A stretch of DNA of 61,409 nucleotides, counting the filler, from an uncultured Thermoplasmatales archaeon (GTDB lineage Archaea > Thermoplasmatota > E2 > DHVEG-1), in the NCBI GenBank assembly GCA_964517155.1. It is 4 parts of 4 records of this genome, joined end to end, with 100 filler letters (N's around TTAATTAATTAA, not from the genome) between each part and the next. Parts side by side here need not be neighbours in the genome. Positions count along the whole stretch, not along the records: positions 48,675 to 57,713 come from CAZFAZ010000080.1; positions 57,814 to 61,409 come from CAZFAZ010000089.1; 2 more parts are not named here. One strand, given 5' to 3'. The translations under genes were made by a program, and so were the position numbers. Positions 51,601-61,409 of this stretch are shown here, in pieces (the first letter of the stretch is position 1; each line of letters starts with the position of its first letter). Under the pieces are notes generated by a model that was not told where the DNA came from, made no database searches, and saw nothing but the letters and a program-made list of their open reading frames with translations.

Positions 51601-54055
51601 TTTCTCTTTCTTTTAAATAGGTAATGTCTTGAATGGTTCCTTTACATATCAATAATTCTCCTGCTGCATCCTTTGTGCATTCTATTATTTGATTAATCCA
51701 TTTTATCTCTCCACCAGGTGTGATTATTCTTTGTTCATATGGTTCTATGTAGCCTTCTTTTAATAGTTTATCAACCCGCTTTTGGTTTATCTCGCCATCG
51801 TCAGGATGAATTAACTTTGATATGTCATCATAACTCAAAACAAAATTATCCTTTTTAACACCAAAAATATCATAAAGCCCATCGGACCACCATATTTTAC
51901 TGTTTTTTATATCCCACTCCCAGTTTCCAAGCTTGGCAATCTCTTGAGCTTTTTTAAGCCTCTTCTCACTTTCTTTCAAAGACTTCTCTGCTTCATTTTT
52001 CTCAGTTATATCTGATGTTTGCATTACAATTCCATCAAACTCACCTTTTTGGTTTTTTAATGGAACCCATGAGCTTGATGCATACCAAAAATCTCCATTT
52101 TTCTTTATAGCTTTATATGAAAAATTACCTGCATTATGATTTGTAAAGGCATCTTTGAAAAGTCTTTTTGCTTCTTCGCGATCATCATGATGAGCCCACC
52201 ATTTTATTTCTTTATAAAAATCATCTGGACTATATCCTGTAAAATCTTTTGAATTTGGACTTATATAAACTGGTAAACCTTTTTTATCTGTAATCAAAAG
52301 CATACTTGGTACTGTTTCAACGATTTTTCTGAAAATCTCTTCTTTTTCTCTAAGTTCCTTATTTTGTCTCTTGCGGTCTGTTATGTCCCTTCCAATTACA
52401 AGTACTCTTTCTTCTCCACCTATGTTTACTTTTTGAAGAATATTTTCATGCCAAAGTATCTCCCCATTTTTTGTTTTTGAACACCATTCAAACTTTTGAG
52501 GTCCTTCTTCTGTTGCTTTTTTAATCCATTCAGCGGCTTCTTTTTGAGTGTAAGGGGGTTTATTTATACTTAGGTCGCCCACGTTTAGATTGTTAATTTC
52601 TTCTTTTTTGTATCCAAATTTATCAAGAACTGCTTTATTTACATCAATTATCTCGCCGGTTTTATAATCATGAATAAAGATAGAATCAGTAGATGAATTA
52701 AAGATTGTTTCATAGTTTTCTTGTGACTGTTTAATTTTATCTTCTACATCTTTTTTTTCAGTGATATCTATTAAAGAGGCAAGAGCTCCGACGTATTGTT
52801 TATTTTCTACTAATGGAGTGGTACTTAACAAGCAATATACTCTTTTTCCATTTTTTTTCAAAAATTCAAATTCATGAATTTCTTTTTCGCTTTTTTCTCT
52901 GTTTTTAAGTTTTTCTTTTGCGATTTCTTTCCATTTATCATCCATAAAATCAAAGAGATGCCTTCCCACCATCTCTTCTTTTGTATATCCAAATATCTCT
53001 GTCATTTTTTTATTTGTAAATGATGTATAACCATCTTTGTCAATTTCCCATATTCCTTCTTGTATATTTTCAATTAAACTGTGGTATCTCTCTTCACTTT
53101 CTTTTAGATTAATTTCAAACTTTTTTTCATCTGTCATATCTCTTGAAATAGCAATTATTTTTCCATCAGCAAGATTCGCAGTAGTTTGCATATAATGCCA
53201 ATTGCCTTCTTTGTCCTTTAATCTGTATTCAAACCTCTCCACTATTTTTTCATCTTTTCCAGTTAAAAGTTTTTTCCCCTTGTTTGCAATATATTTTTTT
53301 ACAAGATTTGAAAGATTCTTTTTATCCTCAGGATTTATAAAATCAAAAAATTTTTTTCCAATCAATTCTTTTGTATCATACCCCAAACGTTCTTTATGCG
53401 AGGGACTTACGTATATAATATCTGGATTTATTGAGAAAGATACAATTGATACCAGATCACTTGTGTTCTGACTTATAAAATCATAATGATACTTTATGTT
53501 TTCTAATTCTGTAATATCCTTTGAAATAACTTCTATATGTTTTATTTTGCCATTAATTTTTTTAGGAAAAACAGAAAAAGTCATTATGTGTTTTTTTCCT
53601 TTTTTATCTTTCAAGCTAGCAGTAAAATATTTTGTTTCTTTACCTCTGATAGCATCTTTGAATGCTTTGATATATATAGAAATATTTTTTTTACTGAAAA
53701 CTCCAGGTATGCGCCAGAAATATCTTCCAATTATTTCTTCTCTTTGAAATCCTGAAAACTTTAATCCTGCTTTGTTAATATCAATAATCTTTCCCTTTAA
53801 ATCAAGAAATAAAACCAAATCAGATACTTCGTTTAAAATAAGGTTCATATAATCTTCTGCATTATCCAAAAAATCCTGACTACCATCATCTTTTAACTCA
53901 ATACCTTCAGAGTTATCCATAGAAGAATAGATTTCTTCTTGCATATCCTTATTTGCCTCCCCCGGCAGTATTTGCTCCATTTCAGAACTAAAACCAACTA
54001 AACCAATTTTTTCTTCTTCCCGCAATTGTTTAATAATTTCGGGCTCTTCTTTCAT
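48675..54055 (-). CDS. Cytoplasmic multi-PAS (about 12) + GAF sensor protein; no kinase domain seen (stop not visible)
   Basis: Repeated SEEKYR...DITE PAS/PAC units with one GAF between PAS9 and PAS10. Ends IGREMRVIELKKEVN...KY at the contig edge. Confidence 0.88.
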
Positions 54056-54085
54056 GTAATCGCTCCATGCAACTTATATTTAACC

Positions 54086-55999
54086 CTAAATTTCATCACT
54101 TTCTTTTTCATCCTTTCCACTCTGCATACCAAATACATCAACGCCTTTGAACCTGCTTTCAATATCTTCAACTGATTTCTTTGGTAAAGTAAACTTAAAA
54201 GTACTTCCCTTGCCAGGAACACCCTCGCTTTCGACCCATATGTTTCCACCATGTGCAATAACTATTCCTCGTGATATGGCAAGACCAAGACCGGCTCCAC
54301 CAAATTTCACATCACTACTTGAGTCAACCTGGAAAAATGTTTCAAAAATCCTTTCCTGTTTATCCTTTGGAACACCCCTTCCATGGTCTTCAACTTCAAA
54401 TAAAATGTTTTCTTTATCTTGTCTTACTCTAAGATTCAACTCAGATTTTTCAGGAGAAAACTTAATAGCATTGTTTAAAAGATTAATAACGACTTGTGTA
54501 ATTCTATCTTTATCAACAATGAGAGTTGGTATCTCTCCTTTTACCTCTGTTTTGATAGTAATTTGTTTTAGCGAAGCAGATGATTTCATTGTCTCATCTA
54601 CTTCTTTTATCAAAACAGGAATATCTGCTTTTTCAGGTACAAACTTCATAGTACCGGATTCAAGCCGTGAAATATCCAAAATATCCTGAATCAGATTATC
54701 AAGCCTGGTTGCGTTTCTTTGAACAACCTCAAGAGCGCTTTTCTGTTCATCATTTATTTTTCCAAGATTGCCCTTTAGCATCATCTGAATATAACCTTTG
54801 ATAGAAGACATAGGGGTTCTAAGCTCATGAGAAGTTATATTTAGAAAAGCAGATTTTATGTAACTTAGTTTCTGCAAATCTTTATTTTGACTTGCGATTT
54901 TTTCTTTTGTTTTCTTCAGATTCTCAGAGGTCTCCTGCATATCCTCCATAATGTTTAATGCAGCAAGCTCTGTTTTTCTAAGATCACTTATCCTCTCTTC
55001 CTTTTCTTTTTCATTGACAATACTACTTGTTATATCTCTTGCTATGACCATTAAATTTTTTTGATCATCTTCTGTTTTAACAGGTATATACATAGTATGA
55101 AAGTATCTTTCGCCTCTCTGAACCTCATTTTCTTGTGTTTCTCCTGTGTTTAGAGCCTTTAGAGCAATTTCTGTTCTCTGATTATCAACATCAGGTGGCA
55201 GCATCTGATGCATATTCTGCCCGATTATTTTTTCCTTTTCAACACCAAAATTTTTGGCAATTGTTTCATTTGCATCAAGTATTATCCCATCTGTTGAAAG
55301 AACAGTTATCCCATCTGGAATAGTATCAAATAACTTCCTGTATTTTTCTTCAGTGGTTTTTAATTTTTTTTCAACCGAAAAATAGCTACCAATCCCACAT
55401 TTATCTGATTTTTCAGATTCAGGATTAATAAAAATAAGAGATAGGAATATATAACTTATAACAAAGGCAAAAGCAGAAAAAGAAGCATTCTCAAAAATTG
55501 TAATACCTGCAAAAATTGAACTTACTATAAATAAAAAAAAGTATAGATATGATATGTTTCTTGTTTTATAGTAAAGATAGGCAGTTGCAACAAAAACCTC
55601 CAAGGCAATTATTTGTCTAAGGTAATGTGGAGCTGTTGTTGCATCAAATGGTAAAAATATAAAAAAGATGCATGCAAAGGTTATTATTAAAAAACTGTAG
55701 AATATCTTGCTGTAATCTTTTATTTTGAAAAAACTTTCATTTACTGCAAAAAACACTGCAAACATCAGAGGAATAGATGAAAAACCTAGTATGTTTACCC
55801 ATAAAACAGATGTGTTTCCAGAATTTGCGTTTAGATTGCCTGTAAGAATCCCAATAAAATATAAATTTGAAAGAAGAAACGAAATAGAAAACATAAGTTT
55901 TCTTTTATCCTTGGACTTGTAATGGAGATAAAGTAGGTAAAGCCCAATAATCATACTAAAAACAAGTACAACAAGCCACATATGGTTATCAGGCATCAA
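54086..55999 (-). CDS. Membrane-bound PAS sensor histidine kinase
   Basis: About 6-7 TM helices, PAS, H-box SHELRTP, N-box NLLNNAIKF, G1 DHGRG, F-box FETFFQ and G2 GAGLGL. Confidence 0.93.
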   Translation of the reverse strand: MMPDNHMWLVVLVFSMIIGLYLLYLHYKSKDKRKLMFSISFLLSNLYFIGILTGNLNANSGNTSVLWVNILGFSSIPLMFAVFFAVNESFFKIKDYSKIFYSFLIITFACIFFIFLPFDATTAPHYLRQIIALEVFVATAYLYYKTRNISYLYFFLFIVSSIFAGITIFENASFSAFAFVISYIFLSLIFINPESEKSDKCGIGSYFSVEKKLKTTEEKYRKLFDTIPDGITVLSTDGIILDANETIAKNFGVEKEKIIGQNMHQMLPPDVDNQRTEIALKALNTGETQENEVQRGERYFHTMYIPVKTEDDQKNLMVIARDITSSIVNEKEKEERISDLRKTELAALNIMEDMQETSENLKKTKEKIASQNKDLQKLSYIKSAFLNITSHELRTPMSSIKGYIQMMLKGNLGKINDEQKSALEVVQRNATRLDNLIQDILDISRLESGTMKFVPEKADIPVLIKEVDETMKSSASLKQITIKTEVKGEIPTLIVDKDRITQVVINLLNNAIKFSPEKSELNLRVRQDKENILFEVEDHGRGVPKDKQERIFETFFQVDSSSDVKFGGAGLGLAISRGIVIAHGGNIWVESEGVPGKGSTFKFTLPKKSVEDIESRFKGVDVFGMQSGKDEKESDEI

Positions 56000-57713
56000 G
56001 GTTTTTACCCCCTATGTTTTTGTTTGATTCTAACCTTTTGATTTCTTTTTTCAACTCAGCCATCTTCAGCTCTCTTCCAACTGTCACCTTTTTAAACTTT
56101 TCAAGCGCCTCTATTTTATTTTGCAGTTCATCTGTTCTTTTTTCAACTTCTGTTTCAAGTTTTTCATTATATTTTTTCAGATTCGTAGCCATTTGAGTAA
56201 AAGATTTTGCAAGATCTCCTATCTCATCATTTGAGTTGATATCAATTGATGTATCTAAACTTCCTTGACCAATTCTTTGAGCAGCATCTTTTAGCTTTAT
56301 TATAGGTTTTGAAGTTGATCTGCTGATAAATATTGAAAGCAACAATGCAATTATTGTTGTAAAAATAATAATAGGCATCAAAGTTAAAAATAATGCAGTT
56401 ATTGGGGCAAATATCTCTTCTGTTTTATATTCCATTAACAAAATCCAGCCGTTGCCCTTGTATTCTTTATATCCATTTGATATTGCATGGGAAAATAATT
56501 CTCCTCCAATTATATAATAAGATTCATTCCCTTCTTTAAAACGTGATACATGATCTTTAGATATATTTTCAAAAATTATGTACTGTCCTTTTGAATAGAT
56601 TATTTTTCCATCGCTGTTTAGTAATTTAAATTCAAAATGTATAGCATTCTGGTTTTCAACTGCTTTTAATTTGTTTACATCAATTTCATCTATTACATCA
56701 AATATCTCTTGAATGTTATAAATAATCTTTATAACACCTGATAAATTCCCCTGTTTATCATTAATACTTATACAAATAGCAAGAGAATAAAAATCTGAGC
56801 TATTATCATATTCAACATCTGTTACATAAAAACCTTCATTTTTTGTTTTCTGCCACCAATCTTCATCAGCCTGATAATAATCACTAGTTTTTCCGGTTTG
56901 TGCGACATTAGCACCATATTTATTTGTTATAAATACTTCTGGAAATAAATCATAGCCATATTTTTCTTCGTAAAAGTTTATCCTGAGTCTAAGTTCATCG
57001 GATTGTTTGTTATTTATTATTTCTTGCATAAAAGAGGTTATCTCGTCTGTTCCGACAGACGTCCAATTTTTATCTTTTTCTACGATATATCCTAAAATAT
57101 CTGTAAAATTTTCAAATTCTTCATTAGATGCACTTAAAAACTCAAACAATTCAGGATCACTATCAATATATGATTCCCATCGTTCAAATCGCCGATAAAT
57201 AATCCTATCAACAGCATCTATGCCTTCCCTTACAACTAATACAGAATTTTCTCCAATCGTTTCTTCAAAAGCAGACCGGCTGCTAGAAATAATAAAATAT
57301 CCTGATACGTTTGAAATCAGTATAACTAGTAAAAAACCTGCGATTATTTTTCTTTGGATACTAAAACGAACTGGTTTCAGTAATTTGAACTTAAAAACAG
57401 CATATGCAATAATTAACGCTGTAAAAGTTGTAAGAGTCGAGGTTAAAGGAATTATTTCTAAGTTGATATAAAAGGGTATTACTTGAGATAAAAATCCACC
57501 AATAAGAGGTATCAAAAAAGCAATTATCACATATTTTGCTTGTTTCTTATTTTTATCTGAAGGAGTTTTTTTATAAAAACTATAACAAATACCGATGCTT
57601 AATACAACAAACAAAATAACAAAGAGGGATAAAACCGGATAAAGCATCCCTGGAACTTCAACATAACCCCAATATGAAGGCTGCATTTCTTTTGTAAAAA
57701 GATCTGTACTAAA
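55989..57713 (-). CDS. Membrane sensor: 7TM-like (partial)-Cache-HAMP, no kinase domain (5' truncated)
   Basis: TM helices, extracellular EVFITNKYG...SDYYQADEDWWQ, HAMP PIIKL...DEIGDLAKSF. Ends VGRELKMAELKKEI then a stop. Confidence 0.85.
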   Translation of the reverse strand, partial: FSTDLFTKEMQPSYWGYVEVPGMLYPVLSLFVILFVVLSIGICYSFYKKTPSDKNKKQAKYVIIAFLIPLIGGFLSQVIPFYINLEIIPLTSTLTTFTALIIAYAVFKFKLLKPVRFSIQRKIIAGFLLVILISNVSGYFIISSSRSAFEETIGENSVLVVREGIDAVDRIIYRRFERWESYIDSDPELFEFLSASNEEFENFTDILGYIVEKDKNWTSVGTDEITSFMQEIINNKQSDELRLRINFYEEKYGYDLFPEVFITNKYGANVAQTGKTSDYYQADEDWWQKTKNEGFYVTDVEYDNSSDFYSLAICISINDKQGNLSGVIKIIYNIQEIFDVIDEIDVNKLKAVENQNAIHFEFKLLNSDGKIIYSKGQYIIFENISKDHVSRFKEGNESYYIIGGELFSHAISNGYKEYKGNGWILLMEYKTEEIFAPITALFLTLMPIIIFTTIIALLLSIFISRSTSKPIIKLKDAAQRIGQGSLDTSIDINSNDEIGDLAKSFTQMATNLKKYNEKLETEVEKRTDELQNKIEALEKFKKVTVGRELKMAELKKEIKRLESNKNIGGKNLDA

Positions 57714-57813
57714 NNNNNNNNNNNNNNNNNNNNNNNNNNNNNNNNNNNNNNNNNNNNTTAATTAATTAANNNNNNNNNNNNNNNNNNNNNNNNNNNNNNN
57801 NNNNNNNNNNNNN
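57714..57813. other. Artificial contig linker
   Basis: N-run + TTAATTAATTAA + N-run. Confidence 0.97.
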
Positions 57814-58932
57814 GAGAAAACAGGTAAAATACATAACTGGAATAAATTTGCAAAATTTGTGATAGACAACAGAAAAAGATTAATTTGTATAGCTGCATTC
57901 TTTGCAGTTTTATCTGTAACTCTTATGCCTCAAGTTACAACAGATGTAAATTATTTTGATTTAGCACCTTCAGGTGTACCTGAGATGGATGCAATGTTTG
58001 AATATTCTGAAAAATTTGGTGGTGGTGGAAACTTTAATGCATTTATGGTGGAAACAGAACCAGGTGGCCTTGAAGATCCAAATGTGATAGATGCAATATA
58101 TAATATGCAAATAAAAATGAGAACCGCGGGTGTGACTGTTACCTCTATTGCAGATACTTTAAAAGAAATAAATGATTTACTTACCAAAAATATAATAATT
58201 GCAAAACTTGCAAATCTTAAAGATGCAGATAATATAGTTTTTGATAAAATTGCAAAACAAGGAATAGTAAACAAAGAGCACTCAAAAACATTAATAATAG
58301 TTTCAATTCCTGTTGGTAAAAGCGTACAAGAAATAGACAAAATAGTATCTCAGTTAAATGAAATTGCAGTTACTACAAATCTGCCAAGAAATGGCCGAAT
58401 TTCAGAGCTCACCGGCCAAGATGCAGTATATGTTGCAGTAAACACAAAACTCTTTGAGGAGCAGGCTCGCTCAATGATAATTGCATTAATCCTTGTAATT
58501 GCAGTATTAATATTGATATTTAATTCATCAGTATATGGATTTTTAACAATAATACCTGTCTGCTTTGTTTTAATGTGGGAGCCAGGTTTTCTTGTTGCAA
58601 CAGATATATCTCTTTCACCTATAACAATTGTAATTGCATCTATTATGATAGGGATAGGTATAGACTATGGCGTGCATATAACACATAGGGTTAGAGAAGA
58701 AATTGCAAAAGGATACTCAAAAATGGATGCTGCAAAAATAGCAATAGAAAAAACAGGTTTGTCACTTGTAGAAGCAGCATTAACAACCATCTTTGGAATG
58801 GCATCCATATTCTTTGTAGGAGTAACTTCACTTTCAGAATTTGTAACAATAATCATATTTATGACAGGTATGTCTTGTTTAGCAGCAGCACTTTTATTAC
58901 CAATGTTTTACAACAACAGATTTGTAAAATAA
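57814..58932 (+). CDS. RND/MMPL family transporter (5' truncated)
   Basis: IGIGIDYGVHITHR, AALTTIFG and multiple TM helices. Confidence 0.88.
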   Translation, partial: EKTGKIHNWNKFAKFVIDNRKRLICIAAFFAVLSVTLMPQVTTDVNYFDLAPSGVPEMDAMFEYSEKFGGGGNFNAFMVETEPGGLEDPNVIDAIYNMQIKMRTAGVTVTSIADTLKEINDLLTKNIIIAKLANLKDADNIVFDKIAKQGIVNKEHSKTLIIVSIPVGKSVQEIDKIVSQLNEIAVTTNLPRNGRISELTGQDAVYVAVNTKLFEEQARSMIIALILVIAVLILIFNSSVYGFLTIIPVCFVLMWEPGFLVATDISLSPITIVIASIMIGIGIDYGVHITHRVREEIAKGYSKMDAAKIAIEKTGLSLVEAALTTIFGMASIFFVGVTSLSEFVTIIIFMTGMSCLAAALLLPMFYNNRFVK

Positions 58933-58940
58933 TAATTTAC

Positions 58941-59240
58941 TTATTTTCTATTAAGCCTTATACTACCTTTAAGAGATTTTATAATGCTGGAGATTTCTTT
59001 TAAAGATATGATGAAAGGTATATCAAAGATGATATTTCCCACAATTATTATAATTCCTATAATAAGATGGCCTTCCAATCCAGATATTCCTTGAATAAAA
59101 CCGCGGTTATACCAGTCCATGACAAAAATCAATCCAACAATTAAAGGTAAAAAAATAAGCAAAGGGGCAAAAAATATCTCAGTTTTGATAACCTTTACAG
59201 TATCTTTTTCTTTTTTTAAATACTGCATATCTTCGTTCAT
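58941..59240 (-). CDS. Hypothetical two-TM membrane protein
   Basis: Two hydrophobic helices; operonic with the upstream genes. Confidence 0.6.
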   Translation of the reverse strand: MNEDMQYLKKEKDTVKVIKTEIFFAPLLIFLPLIVGLIFVMDWYNRGFIQGISGLEGHLIIGIIIIVGNIIFDIPFIISLKEISSIIKSLKGSIRLNRK

Positions 59241-59247
59241 GTTTTTA

Positions 59248-59955
59248 TCACAACCAGCTTGGCATAATACCCGGGATTATAATATCACCAGGTAACTTGT
59301 ATCCTAAATAATCAATTAAAAACCATATTATTAAAAGCAGAAATGCAGGCACCATTTGTATCATAAAATCATCATCTAGCCACCAGAATTTTTTAGTTTC
59401 ACCAACAACTGCACCATATGCACCAACAACAGATGCAAGAATCATTAAAAACCATCCTGCTTTATACCAAGAAATCATAAAGAAAAAAAAGCAAATAGTA
59501 AAACCTAAAATATATACATATTTTTTATTGAAACGATGTCGTATTTCGCCCATAAATGGATCTGAGATACATGCACAAAGGATACATGGAACAGCAATAG
59601 GTTGAGGAAAAACCCATAATAATATTAAAATACCAACCGCGAAAAAAACATAGCTTCCGACACGGTTTTTTTCATACAGTCGCAAGCCAAAAAAGTGATC
59701 ACTACTAATAAATCCTTTAAGTCTAAGAAATTCAAGAGTTACAGCAAAAATAACAATTGCTGGTGGAACCCATAGTTTTAAAAGTTTAATCCAATCAACA
59801 TCGGGCAGTAAATAATAAAAGAGAAATGATGCACCAAACACATGAAAAACACGCCGATACCAGTGAGCATCAAAATCTAATGAATTAATTTTTATTTTTG
59901 CATCATTTAGTTTTTTTTTAGTATCTTGTATTCTTTCTTTTACGTTTTTTCCCAT
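59248..59955 (-). CDS. Dolichol/phytol kinase-like (CTP-dependent lipid kinase) membrane protein
   Basis: RRVFH, RLYEK, ISDPFMG and LDDDF motifs. Confidence 0.72.
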   Translation of the reverse strand: MGKNVKERIQDTKKKLNDAKIKINSLDFDAHWYRRVFHVFGASFLFYYLLPDVDWIKLLKLWVPPAIVIFAVTLEFLRLKGFISSDHFFGLRLYEKNRVGSYVFFAVGILILLWVFPQPIAVPCILCACISDPFMGEIRHRFNKKYVYILGFTICFFFFMISWYKAGWFLMILASVVGAYGAVVGETKKFWWLDDDFMIQMVPAFLLLIIWFLIDYLGYKLPGDIIIPGIMPSWL

Positions 59956-59957
59956 GT

Positions 59958-60653
59958 TTAAACAACAGTTTTTTCTTTATCAAGGGTTACAATGCCTTGT
60001 TTTCCCCCAACAATTACTTGATGAGCAAGATTAATAAATAAACCATTTTCAACTACGCCAGGTATATTATTTATAGCTATCTCCATTTGTTCAGGTTCTT
60101 TTATATATTCAAAATCGCAGTCAAGTATATAGTTGCCATTATCTGTGATAAAAGGCTCACCAGGCATTACTTCACGGCGAACCACTTCGCAATCAAGGCT
60201 CTCTAGTGTTTTTTTTGTTGCAGTCCAACCAAATTTTACGACTTCAACAGGTAATGGAAAATCGATACCTAATGCTTTTACAACTTTGCTGTCATCAACA
60301 ATAATTATAAGTTTTTTAGAGTTAAAAGCAATAATTTTTTCACGAGTAAGCGCGCCACCGCCTCCTTTAATAAGATTAAGAAAGCTGTCTACTTCATCTG
60401 CACCATCAATTGTTATATCAATTTCAGGGTGTTCTTCAATTGTTGTGAGAGGAATTTTTTCTTCTTGTGCGATACGCTTAGTCTGAATTGATGTTGGAAT
60501 TGCTTGTATTTTAAGTCCGTTTCTTACAAGTTCACCTAGTTTTCTAAGAGTATACTCTACTGTTGAACCTGTTCCAAGACCGACTATCATTTCATCTTTT
60601 ATTTGTTCAACTGCTTTTTCACCTGCTAGTTTCTTTAGTTCTTCTCTTTCCAA
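59958..60653 (-). CDS. rpiA: Ribose-5-phosphate isomerase A
   Basis: GLGTGST, DGADEVD, KGGGGAL and GVVENGLF. Confidence 0.97.
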   Translation of the reverse strand: MEREELKKLAGEKAVEQIKDEMIVGLGTGSTVEYTLRKLGELVRNGLKIQAIPTSIQTKRIAQEEKIPLTTIEEHPEIDITIDGADEVDSFLNLIKGGGGALTREKIIAFNSKKLIIIVDDSKVVKALGIDFPLPVEVVKFGWTATKKTLESLDCEVVRREVMPGEPFITDNGNYILDCDFEYIKEPEQMEIAINNIPGVVENGLFINLAHQVIVGGKQGIVTLDKEKTVV

Positions 60654-60730
60654 AAGTTCACCAAAACCTGTAATGCGGATTTAGTACAAAAATTTATACT
60701 TGTTATTTTATTACGGGCTAGTGAAGTATT

Positions 60731-61393
60731 ATGTTGTCAAAATGTGATGAGCACGGATATTATCGTGGGGAAGAATGCCCGGTTTGCCATGAAAAAGGTA
60801 AATTTTTGATGAATGAGCATGAGCTTAATGCTCTTAGTAGAATACTTGCTGGAGCATTGCGTCATTTCCCAGATAAATTAGGTCTTATGATGGATGGCAA
60901 AGGCTGGGTTGATATTGAAGAATTAATTCATTCGGTTGGAACTAGTCGATCTGGTTTCACATGGCTTAAAAAGCATCATATTGAGGCCTTAGTGGAAACT
61001 GATCCACGTGGACGTTATCAGGTAGATGGCGGTATGATTAGAGCAACCTATGGACATACAATTGATGTAAATCCTGATGATTTGCCTGAAGCTGATTTGG
61101 ACGAATATTTTTATCCTGTAACTGAAGAAGAAATAGATATAATACTTGAAGGTGGTCTTCATCCAACTGACCGGAAAAAAGTTCATCTTAGTGGCAGTGT
61201 TGAAAAAGCAGCAGAAGCAGGAAAAGTAAGAACTGAAGAGCCATTAATTTTAAAGATAGATGGTAAAAAAACTTGTAAAGACGGTATGAAAATTTATCAT
61301 GCAGGTACTGATGTTTATATAACAGATGGAATTGATGCAAAATATATTTCTAAAGTTGAAGAGAAAAAGGCTAAAAAAACTAAGAAGAAATAG
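60731..61393 (+). CDS. kptA: RNA 2'-phosphotransferase (Tpt1/KptA)
   Basis: LRHFP, KGWV, GRYQ, IRATYGH and RKKVHLS, with an N-terminal Zn-ribbon. Confidence 0.93.
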   Translation: MLSKCDEHGYYRGEECPVCHEKGKFLMNEHELNALSRILAGALRHFPDKLGLMMDGKGWVDIEELIHSVGTSRSGFTWLKKHHIEALVETDPRGRYQVDGGMIRATYGHTIDVNPDDLPEADLDEYFYPVTEEEIDIILEGGLHPTDRKKVHLSGSVEKAAEAGKVRTEEPLILKIDGKKTCKDGMKIYHAGTDVYITDGIDAKYISKVEEKKAKKTKKK

Positions 61394-61409
61394 TAACAAA
61401 CGTTTTTTT

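Noticed and set aside
31749..57813. Three identical TTAATTAATTAA motifs within N-runs, resembling a repeat family
   Set aside because: They are artificial 100-bp contig spacers. Adjacency across them, and ORF ends running into them, have no biological meaning.

Overview
Low-GC archaeal DNA, most consistent with a Thermoplasmatota lineage such as MBG-D/Thermoprofundales. This is an inference from gene content (archaeal ribosomal, replication and riboflavin genes plus several gingipain-like C25 proteases). The window is not one locus. Three 100-bp artificial spacers (N-run/TTAATTAATTAA/N-run) join four contigs: 1-31748, 31849-48574, 48675-57713 and 57814-61409. Contig 1 holds an IS5-type element, three C25-like surface proteases, pfdB, uppS, rps17e, ribB-ribL-ribC-ribH, the oap/arvABC GTPase operon with a divergent coiled-coil gene, mre11-rad50, rps3ae, and a radical SAM gene with a frameshifted nreA. 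Contig 2 holds tRNA-Pro, two CPBP paralogs, ndk, ychF, the priS-GINS-rpl44e-rps27e-eIF2a-nop10-PAC2 cluster and cdc6. Contig 3 is a three-gene signalling operon. Contig 4 holds an RND transporter, rpiA and kptA. The best candidate for an undescribed system is the contig 3 operon: two sensors with no visible kinase domain (a Cache-HAMP membrane receptor and a 12-PAS+GAF protein) end in the same GRE-x-x-[MV]-x-ELKKE coil and flank one histidine kinase with an AALNIMED coil. This suggests a split, plug-in sensor/kinase system. Other points are non-canonical ATT/CTG start codons, an unannotated 52-aa gene, and CWB2-like repeats in archaeal C25 proteases.
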